A DNA stretch of 64,000 bases from a virus. Taxonomy: Duplodnaviria > Caudoviricetes. Positions 1 through 8,631 of the stretch are shown in pieces; positions within the stretch are counted from its first letter, which is position 1, and each line of letters starts with the position of its first letter. Location of the stretch: positions 1-64,000 of the IMG/VR virus record IMGVR_UViG_2840842423_000001; one strand, 5' to 3'. Under the pieces are notes generated by a model that saw only the letters and a program-made list of their open reading frames with translations, made no database searches and was not told the DNA's origin. Made by a program: the position numbers and the translations under genes.

Positions 1-1275
1 TTACTGATTCAACACTACGATCAATTTAGCTCTAGTTGACTTACCATAGCTTCCATCTTCTTTTAGCCCATGTACACTTTGAAATCTACGTACTGCATCG
101 GCGGTATTATTTCCATAGTATCCATCACAGCCATTATTCTTTGCGCCTTTTTCAGGATAGAAATAGACACTTGACAATGCTTTTTGAACAGCTAAAACAC
201 CACTATCATGAAACTGAGGTGATTTTACCCAGTAGGTAGCATTAGGTAAGTTGAAGTCATTTGCTTTAGGTTTGGATACAGAATTAGCAGTTTTCATTTT
301 GCTTTGAGATTTAGTACCGTAGTAGCCATCAACAACTAATCCATTATCTTTTTGAAATTGTTTTAAAGCTGCCAATGTATCATTTCCGAACACGCCATTA
401 CTTCCATAACTACCAACATCGTATCCTAATCTAGTTAAGTCTTTTTGTAGTTGTACAACTTTTGAGTTGTTATCACCTTTTTTAAGATACCAAGACTGTT
501 GCTTTTGAGGTTTTGACTTCTTATTCTTATCAGCAACAGCTTTCTTCATAGCTGCCTGAGAACCGTACCCATAGTATCCGTCTACCTGAAGGTCGTAATC
601 ATCTTGAAACTTGCGTAATGCTGACTCGGTATCGTTGCCGAAGACTCCATTATTTCCATAGCTTCCAACACTATAACCTAATGTGATTAAGTTGTTTTGT
701 AGTTCTACTACATCAGAACCTCTATCACCATTTTCTAACCAATACTTGTTGACAGGCTTAAGGGAAGGTTTAGTTTCGGATGGTTTGAAAGATGGATCAC
801 TAATCATTCTCTTAAAGTCATCCCAATCTACGCCATGTGAACCGCTACGTAAATTAGCAGGACAATTCTTTCCCCAGCTAGATGTAACATTGTGTTGTAT
901 CACATTTGTAGCAGGAATATCATATTTATCCATTAAGTGTCTAACTAATTCAACCGCATTCTGTACTGCAACTCTAAAATCACCATCTGAGTTTACGCAA
1001 ATTTCGATACCAATTGACTGTGTATTGCCTATACCTCGTCCATCGCCCGCATGATGGCATTGCACTGTGTCAGGATAAGATTGCCAAACCCCATCAGAAC
1101 CACAAGTGTAGTGCCAAGAAGCAGAGAAACCATTTCTTTGCAGTTTGGCGTGTACGTAAGCGTTCGCCCCATATGACGCATTAGCTGTTTCGTGAATCAC
1201 AATGTAATTACAAGGATTTGTTCCACTGTACGTGTTTCTTCTACTAGAGACCAACATTTGATTAATTTTAACCAT
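1..1275 (-). CDS. Endolysin: N-acetylmuramoyl-L-alanine amidase (Amidase_2) with three peptidoglycan-binding domains
   Basis: IVIHETAN, SWHY, HAGDG, SIGIEIC, KNCP motifs; repeated LxxGDxGxxVxxLQxxL...FQ...L.VDGYYG units. Confidence 0.95.
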   Translation of the reverse strand: MVKINQMLVSSRRNTYSGTNPCNYIVIHETANASYGANAYVHAKLQRNGFSASWHYTCGSDGVWQSYPDTVQCHHAGDGRGIGNTQSIGIEICVNSDGDFRVAVQNAVELVRHLMDKYDIPATNVIQHNVTSSWGKNCPANLRSGSHGVDWDDFKRMISDPSFKPSETKPSLKPVNKYWLENGDRGSDVVELQNNLITLGYSVGSYGNNGVFGNDTESALRKFQDDYDLQVDGYYGYGSQAAMKKAVADKNKKSKPQKQQSWYLKKGDNNSKVVQLQKDLTRLGYDVGSYGSNGVFGNDTLAALKQFQKDNGLVVDGYYGTKSQSKMKTANSVSKPKANDFNLPNATYWVKSPQFHDSGVLAVQKALSSVYFYPEKGAKNNGCDGYYGNNTADAVRRFQSVHGLKEDGSYGKSTRAKLIVVLNQ

Positions 1276-1311
1276 TATTTAATCATTCTCCTTTTTTTAC
1301 TTAATCAACAA

Positions 1312-1348
1312 AATAAGGACATATCTCATTTAATAGAGACATGTCCTT
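1312..1348 (-). terminator. Probable intrinsic terminator between holin and lysin
   Basis: AAGGACATGTCTC-loop-GAGATATGTCCTT followed by ATTTTGTT on the minus strand. Confidence 0.5.
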
Positions 1349-1363
1349 TATAATTATGATATA

Positions 1364-1657
1364 TTATTTATTATCTTTAGGTTTATCATAAGTTAATGCA
1401 GTTTGGCTATCCTTCAATCCTTTAACACTTGGATCATTCACAGCATTAAACACACTCACAACAATTAACCCTAATAGGTATGGATTACTATAAGCCGATT
1501 GAATCAAATCACCTATTGAGCTCCAAGTTGTTAAGTCGGCAAAGCTTAGCCCAACGTATGCTAATATTGGTGTTAATACTGCCAATAAAATTTGCGCATA
1601 GAACACTGGATTTTTAAAACGAATCTTCCAGTTAATACCCTTTTTTTGTTTATTCAT
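1364..1657 (-). CDS. Phage holin (phiLC3-like family)
   Basis: INWKIRFKNPVF start, two hydrophobic segments, NPYLLG..NDP motif; ATG at 1657 follows a GAGGAG RBS. Confidence 0.85.
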   Translation of the reverse strand: MNKQKKGINWKIRFKNPVFYAQILLAVLTPILAYVGLSFADLTTWSSIGDLIQSAYSNPYLLGLIVVSVFNAVNDPSVKGLKDSQTALTYDKPKDNK

Positions 1658-1703
1658 ATTTATCATTCTCCTCATATATTATTGTTTAACTACGTTTTAC
1701 TCT

Positions 1704-2141
1704 CTATTTTATTCCTGTTCTCTTAACCTCAGCTATACTAATCAAACTGAACACAGCCATGCCAGTAAAGATAACTGAGCCAATGGTGGGAAAGGTAATC
1801 GAATACGTTATAGCAAATACTGTATAAGCCAATACGCTAACAATCAATCCACTGATTCTCAAATACTTGTTATCAATTAGCATTCCAATTCCTTTTAGTA
1901 TTCCTGCTCCGAAGAATGTAAATGCCCAACATGGTTGTGGCATAATCAATAATAATAGTCCATAAAGACTGGACATACCATGAACTCCATCGCTCAACAT
2001 CTCAGGAAATAGGAAAAGCATAATCGCTAACACTAGGCTAATGAGAGTGATAAATACTTCAAAAATTGGTGGGTTTTTTGTAGGCTTATAATTATTAACT
2101 TTTTCACTAATTTCTTCTAGCTGTCTTTCTTTTTGATCCAT
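1704..2141 (-). CDS. Four-TM membrane protein in the lysis module
   Basis: Four hydrophobic stretches; AGGAG RBS; lies between holin-like genes. Confidence 0.7.
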   Translation of the reverse strand: MDQKERQLEEISEKVNNYKPTKNPPIFEVFITLISLVLAIMLFLFPEMLSDGVHGMSSLYGLLLLIMPQPCWAFTFFGAGILKGIGMLIDNKYLRISGLIVSVLAYTVFAITYSITFPTIGSVIFTGMAVFSLISIAEVKRTGIK

Positions 2142-2155
2142 CTATATCAACTCCT

Positions 2156-2434
2156 TTATGATGTAATCAACCACACTAGAAGCGAAGCGATAACTGTTGC
2201 AATTGCACCCAATATAGTTGTAGTGAATGTTTTTCTTATCCATTGACTGTCCTCTTTCATTTCTTCGATTGAGTTGAAGATTGTAATAAGCTTTTCAACT
2301 GTTGAATCCTTAAATGATTGAAAGGATGTCAACCGTTTATCATGTTCATCTAATCGTTCCTCATGCTTATCTGTCTTTTTATGTAAACTTTCAATCTCCC
2401 ATTTAGTTCTGTTATCCTCTGACAATATCACCAC
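2156..2434 (-). CDS. XhlA/haemolysin-like holin-associated protein
   Basis: Coiled-coil N-terminus with a single C-terminal TM after WIRKT; lysis-module position. Confidence 0.7.
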   Translation of the reverse strand: MVILSEDNRTKWEIESLHKKTDKHEERLDEHDKRLTSFQSFKDSTVEKLITIFNSIEEMKEDSQWIRKTFTTTILGAIATVIASLLVWLITS

Positions 2435-2662
2435 CTCTAATCTCCAAAATTGATCTTCCTGTTAAAATTATGTATTCCCATATAACTCTCTCCTAGATCC
2501 GTCTTTGAAAAATAATCTCCTTTCGATTCATAAAAGTGTTTAAACAGTTTTATTAATAAGTCTCACTACGTTTTTGTTCAATCAACCACTCAAAATATTG
2601 AGCTTGCTCTGACTTTTTATCCACCATTAAAATACCTCCATCTAAATTGTGTTATTGTTCAT

Positions 2663-4033
2663 CTATTGAAGAAAATAAAAAACCTCATCGAGAGGTTTCT
2701 TTAAATCTTCTGGATAAATAATTGTGTAATTTACATTGTTAGCTTTTAACATAGTTTCTTTTTCAGTTAATCCTGTTTTATACTTTTCTCTTATGTAATC
2801 ATCTTTGTATCTGTTGACCTTGGAATAATCTAACATACCAGCTACCTCTACATACCAAATCTCACCATTATGATTAATAGTGTAGTCACAATCTTTATGA
2901 CCGTCATAATCGTCAATAAAAGTGGAGTATAATACATCTCTTTCGTATTCGTAATTCTTATCTTTAAGAAAGGAAGAGACTTGATACTCAAATTTACTAT
3001 ATGTTGTTTCTCCATCATCGAACTCATAGATCATTCCCACACCCTCTCTATTGGGATAAAAACCAATAGATTCTATGTATTGTCCAATTGTCATGTTCAT
3101 CTCATGCTTAAAATATCTATTGTATGTGCCAGAGAATAAGCAGTCATCACATTCATTAATATCGCTGAGTGATATATTTCTTCGCCCTTCACGTTGATAT
3201 ATGTCATCGCACAGTTTCTGTATGTCTTGTTTTAATTGATCTATTGTCCTCTTCTTTGGCATCATGCTTTCTTGATTTATAGGCAAGCTTAAGTCTAAAA
3301 GCATATTGTTAAGTGTGCCCCAATATTTTCGAATGATGTAAAGCCCAACTTCACCATCTTTAGGATTTCTAAAATCATCATACATTAAATTCCTCCCAAG
3401 AGACTGATGTTTCAAGTGGATCAATTCTGTTGCATAATCTTTGTTTAGTTGCTTCTTTAAACCTAGATACTCTAAGAAATCTGAGCATGTTTTAACGTTA
3501 TTCTCTGGACAGTGTTTAATATACCACGACACACTATGCAGATTTTTATTGTTACTTAATTCTGTATGATTCAAAACTTTATTCTGTGAGTCACATTCCT
3601 GAATAAGTAGGCTGCAAGCCTCATCATAATATTTTTTGCTAATTATGCCTCGGGGATTATAACTGTACTCGGTAGTAAATTCTTCAAACCTGTCTCCACA
3701 AACCTTCTGAACAAATTGCCAACTTGGCAATCTATCATGATTATTACAGATTGTGGAATTTGGATAATGACCATGCTTATCTTTGTATTTTCCCCATACG
3801 TCTGTTAAATCTTCATATGTATTAATCATGTATGATAATTGATATGGGATGTAACCCAATCCGAGAAAATGTTCATAATATGTTTTATCAAATTTTTTCT
3901 TAAATATAACCAACATTGTCCTTTTTGAGGGGAAATTAGATTGAGAATAGAAATGAGTTAGGTTTGGAACATACCCTAATTCCTCTATTTTATTGCGAAC
4001 TCTTTCATACACCTCACTATAATTCCAGTTCAT
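2663..4033 (-). CDS. Putative free-standing endonuclease: repeated helical DNA-binding units plus C-terminal PD-(D/E)XK-like domain
   Basis: Repeats such as LGYVPN, HGHYPN...LPSW and IRKYWGTLNNML; C-terminal SKFE...DCDY...YVEVAG. Confidence 0.6.
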   Translation of the reverse strand: MNWNYSEVYERVRNKIEELGYVPNLTHFYSQSNFPSKRTMLVIFKKKFDKTYYEHFLGLGYIPYQLSYMINTYEDLTDVWGKYKDKHGHYPNSTICNNHDRLPSWQFVQKVCGDRFEEFTTEYSYNPRGIISKKYYDEACSLLIQECDSQNKVLNHTELSNNKNLHSVSWYIKHCPENNVKTCSDFLEYLGLKKQLNKDYATELIHLKHQSLGRNLMYDDFRNPKDGEVGLYIIRKYWGTLNNMLLDLSLPINQESMMPKKRTIDQLKQDIQKLCDDIYQREGRRNISLSDINECDDCLFSGTYNRYFKHEMNMTIGQYIESIGFYPNREGVGMIYEFDDGETTYSKFEYQVSSFLKDKNYEYERDVLYSTFIDDYDGHKDCDYTINHNGEIWYVEVAGMLDYSKVNRYKDDYIREKYKTGLTEKETMLKANNVNYTIIYPEDLKKPLDEVFYFLQ

Positions 4034-4052
4034 AAAGCTAAATCACTCCAAC

Positions 4053-4083
4053 AAAAAAGAGACCAGCTATAAGTTGATCTCTT
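4053..4083 (-). terminator. Intrinsic terminator
   Basis: AAGAGATCAACT-loop-AGCTGGTCTCTT followed by a T run. Confidence 0.6.
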
Positions 4084-4107
4084 AAATATATTTATTTATA
4101 TTATTAT

Positions 4108-4461
4108 TTAATTATCTACAGTCCCTACCATCCAACTCTTATTTGAGGCTAAATACTGTCTAATATCCAGCGTTGTGATTTGCACAGTTGCTTTCTTGGT
4201 AAATTTATTAAACATTCTAAGCTCAATCAAATACCCTTTTAACGTTTCAGCACTTAATCCTTCCAATTCCCTTGCCGATAAAAACATCTCAACTTTTTCT
4301 GGAAAGTCGTCTTCTATTTGTGTTTCTGTCTTTCTGTGAATCTCGTAATTATTTAAAACCTCTTCTAGTCTCAATTTCATTTTTACCTCGTCAACATCAG
4401 GAGACAGAACTGATGTTATAACATTCATATCATTCATCAATCGACTTGTATCATTTATCAT
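4108..4461 (-). pseudogene. Truncated tyrosine recombinase (N-terminal SAM-like domain only)
   Basis: FLSARELEGLSAETLKGY...ITTLDIRQYL is typical of integrase N-domains; stops after 117 aa with no catalytic domain; has its own RBS and promoter. Confidence 0.8.
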
Positions 4462-4505
4462 TTATTGTTCCTCCTATTGGGGTTGTATTTTTTGTATCTA
4501 AATAC

Positions 4506-4534
4506 ATTATAATACGACCCAATAAGAAAGTCAA
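4506..4534 (-). promoter_or_regulatory. sigma-A promoter of the truncated recombinase
   Basis: TTGACT-17 nt-TATAAT. Confidence 0.75.
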
Positions 4535-4596
4535 TAGATAAATAATAATATATTGGTTTAATTATTCACAACATCACAGTTATGTCCGAATGCGAC

Positions 4597-6510
4597 TTAA
4601 AAAGTGTCTGCCACTTTATCCATTCCTTCAAACCAGCTCTTTAATATTAGTTCAGTTTGAGAATCTGTTATAATTGATAAATTAGGAGAAGTTCCTCCAC
4701 AATTTATTAAAATAGCCTTGGCAATTGTTGAACCAACGTCTGTAGTAAATTGATAAGAATTACCTCTACTCGTTGTTAATACACTATCATTGGATTGAGT
4801 GTCGATTAAAACGCTGTAACAACCATTAACATCTGCAACAACAGGCCCTCTGCTTTCTCTGTAGTCCCCTAAAACTCTCAATATGCTTATCCCGCCGTGT
4901 GCGGTAGAACAATTGTTGTTTACATTCGTATCACGAAGTCCATTTTCATAACTTTTAATATTATATTCAAAAACAAAACAATTCCTTCTTTGATCCAAAG
5001 GAATATCGGGATAATGATAATTTAGACCATCTCTTAAAGCTTCATGCGTTGTATAATTAAACACATAAGTTTCACCTATATTTTTTATATTTAGATTGTT
5101 GGTGTTATCGCTTTCCCCGACTTCGCTGTTGTCTATCGCAAAAACAGAATTAATATTACCTTCCACAATTAAACCATACGTATTAAAAATATCTAATCCA
5201 TCAATAAATAACACAGAATCAGGAATGTCAAAACCCATACCTAAAGCTTTATAATCCGCAACCAATACAACATCTCCCGTTGGTTGTCCTCCATAATTAA
5301 CATAAACTAAACCTCCATCTATATAAGATGAATAAGGTGTATTGATACATTCACTGACACTGCCTGCAGCTTCAAACTTTCGATATGCACCATTAAAATC
5401 TTTTTGTGACATGTCTAAGAGGTGTGAAATGTTTGTTCTTTCAACGACATAAACACTATCTTGATGATGTTCCCATGTTATTGCTGTAGTCTCTTCCCAA
5501 ACTTCTTCAGCGTTTTTGTAGACGTAAGGCCTATGAGAACTATATCCTTGTACAACAGGAACTCTTTCATTATTTAAAGTTGTTATAACAACGTGTTTAT
5601 TTGAAAAGTTTGTTAGTTCATCATACGCAATATTAAACTCATTTAATAGAACCATTTTGCCTTGTATTATTATTTTAAATCTTGATAGTGCCGATGATTG
5701 TATAGATTCAAAAGACTTAGAAGGTGTTTGAAAAGGGTTGCCAACAGTACCATCACCATTATTATTATCTCCATTGTCCGTATCGATATAAATTTCTAAT
5801 TCAATGTTATTGTTTATCCATCTTTTATCTAAATCAATGTCATGCACAACTTTTCCATTATTTTGCCTGTACAGTTTAAAATCAATAGGGTAAAAGTCAT
5901 TCGGTAGTTTTATCTCACCATATTTAAGCGCAATTTCTGCCAACTGCGACGAAACTGTATTAAATGAAGTTGATGTTTCTTGCTTAAAATTATCATAATC
6001 CATCTTTGCAGGTGTCGTATTTTTAACTTCATTTATAGCATTGACTGTACTAGACTTATCAGATGTCTCCAATATGGATGTATTACCAATCTTATTGTCT
6101 AAATCGGACACATCTGTATTCTTCCATTGGTCTATAATATCTTGCAACGTTTCGTTTGGAGGTGTGTTGTCGCCCGTGGTGTTGACCCTGTGAGCTGGCA
6201 TTGAAACATACCCAGTTCCAGTGTAGTTAGCTTCTATCTCTTTACCGCCCATATCTTCATGGAAAAACATAACTCCTTGCGTATAATCTACTTTATACTC
6301 TCCAGAGTTTAATGTGGTCTTATTGATATCGACTTCAGTTAACGAAGTACCTGACAAATCAATTGCAGACACTTTATCTATATATCTAGGAACCTCCCTT
6401 AAAACCACTCTGAAATTTATAATTTTAATAATTTCTTTTAGTTGTATGTATTCAGCTTCTTTTCTTTGATATAGATACACTGGATCTACGTTTGGAAAAT
6501 AAAAACTCAT
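4597..6510 (-). CDS. Tail fibre / receptor-binding protein with beta-helix-like C-terminal part
   Basis: N-terminus resembles that of the neighbouring tail protein (VLxEVP, VDYxxGxxxFHE, YxGxG); SSQLAE junction; YIDTDNGDNNNGDGTVGNPFQT motif; ATG at 6510 after AGGAGG. Confidence 0.75.
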   Translation of the reverse strand: MSFYFPNVDPVYLYQRKEAEYIQLKEIIKIINFRVVLREVPRYIDKVSAIDLSGTSLTEVDINKTTLNSGEYKVDYTQGVMFFHEDMGGKEIEANYTGTGYVSMPAHRVNTTGDNTPPNETLQDIIDQWKNTDVSDLDNKIGNTSILETSDKSSTVNAINEVKNTTPAKMDYDNFKQETSTSFNTVSSQLAEIALKYGEIKLPNDFYPIDFKLYRQNNGKVVHDIDLDKRWINNNIELEIYIDTDNGDNNNGDGTVGNPFQTPSKSFESIQSSALSRFKIIIQGKMVLLNEFNIAYDELTNFSNKHVVITTLNNERVPVVQGYSSHRPYVYKNAEEVWEETTAITWEHHQDSVYVVERTNISHLLDMSQKDFNGAYRKFEAAGSVSECINTPYSSYIDGGLVYVNYGGQPTGDVVLVADYKALGMGFDIPDSVLFIDGLDIFNTYGLIVEGNINSVFAIDNSEVGESDNTNNLNIKNIGETYVFNYTTHEALRDGLNYHYPDIPLDQRRNCFVFEYNIKSYENGLRDTNVNNNCSTAHGGISILRVLGDYRESRGPVVADVNGCYSVLIDTQSNDSVLTTSRGNSYQFTTDVGSTIAKAILINCGGTSPNLSIITDSQTELILKSWFEGMDKVADTF

Positions 6511-6540
6511 GTAATACCTCCTTGTTGTATTAGACAAAAT

Positions 6541-6566
6541 AAAAAAGAGTAGAATATCTACTCTTT
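6541..6566 (-). terminator. Intrinsic terminator
   Basis: AAAGAGTAGA-TAT-TCTACTCTTT followed by TTT. Confidence 0.65.
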
Positions 6567-6595
6567 AATTCGGTGAAAAATTAATTAAACTGTGG

Positions 6596-8281
6596 TTATT
6601 GAGAGTTTAACGCTTTTCTTAGGTAGGTAATCTCATCCTCCAATAATTCAACCCTATCAATTAACTCCTGAGTACCTCTGAAGTTTGTGGCAATAGCACC
6701 AACTATGTCCACACCTTCACCACGTTTCATGAAATTTGGAACTTCCTCATGCATAAACCCTAAGTGGTATCTATCTTGTAGTGATGTAAATGAATCCGTT
6801 GATTTTCTTTTGAAAGTATATACAGGAGTATTTTTAATATTATCTAGCACACTTTTGTTGTACATATTGATATTTTCTTTAGTTTTTCTCTGTGAACCAG
6901 TCACAAACTCACTGGCATGTATTTCAGCATAACCATCATCACGCCCATTTCTCACTTGCAATGCAATTGTGTCACCATTTAAAAACTTCAATATCGAGTT
7001 TCCTGATGTAATTGTCCTATGATTATGACCATCAACAGGATCGTAACCAAACGAAAACATGGGTATTCCACCTACAAACATATTGTGGATTCTATTTGAG
7101 TACTGTCCACCCAATTCTGCACCATCCGCCCTAACAGCATAGTATGTATATCTATCCTTTTGAAGTCTCATAAAAGGCTCAATATAATCAATCCTACCGT
7201 CAAAGTTGTCAACATTGTCATTACCAAAGTATATCTGTCTATTTGTACCATTCATAATCAGAGTGTTAATTTCACCAGCATTAATAACTCCAAGTTCACC
7301 AGTAATATCACTTAACACATCTACTGCGCCAACTAATTTAATTTTGTTAGAGTCTATAACAATTTCTTCTGGTGATAAGTTAATTGATGAAATGACATCG
7401 TCAGCATTGACCTTTAAATCGATTTCTCCCGGAATCACTGAAATACTGGATTCAAGAACAGAGACCCTTCCATTATACTCCTCTTCTACACCTTTAACCC
7501 TCAGTTCAAATTCACCCGGAAGTAGCGTCATAGTAGTCTCTAAAGAGGTGATTCTGTCATCTAATCCTGTAGTGATTTGACCTACTTCAAAAGATATTTT
7601 TCCCGGAATTAATTCAAACTCTGCCCAGATGTCAGTCACAGAATCGTCCATGTCATCTAGTCGTTCTTCATGTGCCAATTGTATGGAATCAATTCTTGCC
7701 TTCAAAGAAGGATGTCTAAATGCCTTAGTATCAACATAGGCATCTTCTATCTTCTTTTGTTCTGCATTTATCCTATCTCTTGCAACATCAAATACAGTTC
7801 CATTTCTATCAATACGTATATCAACTAATTCACTAGGTTGTGGGTTTTCTCTTATTAACGTATCGACACGATTTCTTTGTTCAAGAATACCTCTGTCAAC
7901 ATCATAAAATTTATCTCTTACGTTTGGAAATTCTAAGTCGTTTGTGAGGTATATTCTAGAATCTGGGAATAACAGTACACCTTCACCCATGTATTCAAAG
8001 TCTAAAGTTTTTCTTGTTTGAGACTCATGGAAGTAAACAATGCCATTAACATAGTCTACATTGAATGTATTCTCGGATAAAAACTCGTCCTCAACCTCAT
8101 ATAAATCCACATTATTGAAAGAAACTTTAACTCTTTCAAACTTAACAGGAACCTCGGAAAGAATTACATAGTGTTTTTCAACAGCTAATGATTCAAATTT
8201 TTTTCTAAACGGGTCAATATGTGTTCCTTTTCTTTTTTGTGATATTATAGGATCACCATAAATTTTTCTTGTGTCCACCAA
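6596..8281 (-). CDS. Tail protein/fibre (YomF-like position) with C-terminal intramolecular chaperone (peptidase S74)
   Basis: PSELVDIRID motif, ISSINLSPEEIVIDSNKI, C-terminal SQRKTKENI...GFMHEEVP...coiled coil. Confidence 0.8.
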   Translation of the reverse strand: MVDTRKIYGDPIISQKRKGTHIDPFRKKFESLAVEKHYVILSEVPVKFERVKVSFNNVDLYEVEDEFLSENTFNVDYVNGIVYFHESQTRKTLDFEYMGEGVLLFPDSRIYLTNDLEFPNVRDKFYDVDRGILEQRNRVDTLIRENPQPSELVDIRIDRNGTVFDVARDRINAEQKKIEDAYVDTKAFRHPSLKARIDSIQLAHEERLDDMDDSVTDIWAEFELIPGKISFEVGQITTGLDDRITSLETTMTLLPGEFELRVKGVEEEYNGRVSVLESSISVIPGEIDLKVNADDVISSINLSPEEIVIDSNKIKLVGAVDVLSDITGELGVINAGEINTLIMNGTNRQIYFGNDNVDNFDGRIDYIEPFMRLQKDRYTYYAVRADGAELGGQYSNRIHNMFVGGIPMFSFGYDPVDGHNHRTITSGNSILKFLNGDTIALQVRNGRDDGYAEIHASEFVTGSQRKTKENINMYNKSVLDNIKNTPVYTFKRKSTDSFTSLQDRYHLGFMHEEVPNFMKRGEGVDIVGAIATNFRGTQELIDRVELLEDEITYLRKALNSQ

Positions 8282-8366
8282 ATCATCTCCTTTCTTAATT
8301 TATTGCAAAAGAAAAGAGACTAAGAATTACTCTTAGACTCTTTATAGTTGTGTTGCTATGTATTGA

Positions 8367-8597
8367 CTAGGCGGTTGATACCGTTAGTTTATCTACAACG
8401 AAAGTTCTTATCAAGTCATCAATTGTGCCATCTATACCAGCCTGAAAATATTCTGTAACAGGAACCTTAGGGATGTGTCCATTAACATCTAGCTCCCGTG
8501 CTGGATCAATTCCTCGAAAATATACCTTCCTAAATTGCTCACCGTTTTCTTCTACTGGCATAGAATTTGTCTCGCTAAATTCATACTTCTCCATCAT
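8367..8597 (-). CDS. Small tail-module protein
   Basis: 76-aa ORF with AGGAG RBS between tail genes, followed by a terminator-like hairpin at ~8310-8343. Confidence 0.7.
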   Translation of the reverse strand: MMEKYEFSETNSMPVEENGEQFRKVYFRGIDPARELDVNGHIPKVPVTEYFQAGIDGTIDDLIRTFVVDKLTVSTA

Positions 8598-8631
8598 TTA
8601 TTTTCTCTCCTTAGCTGTGAATTTTAATTAG

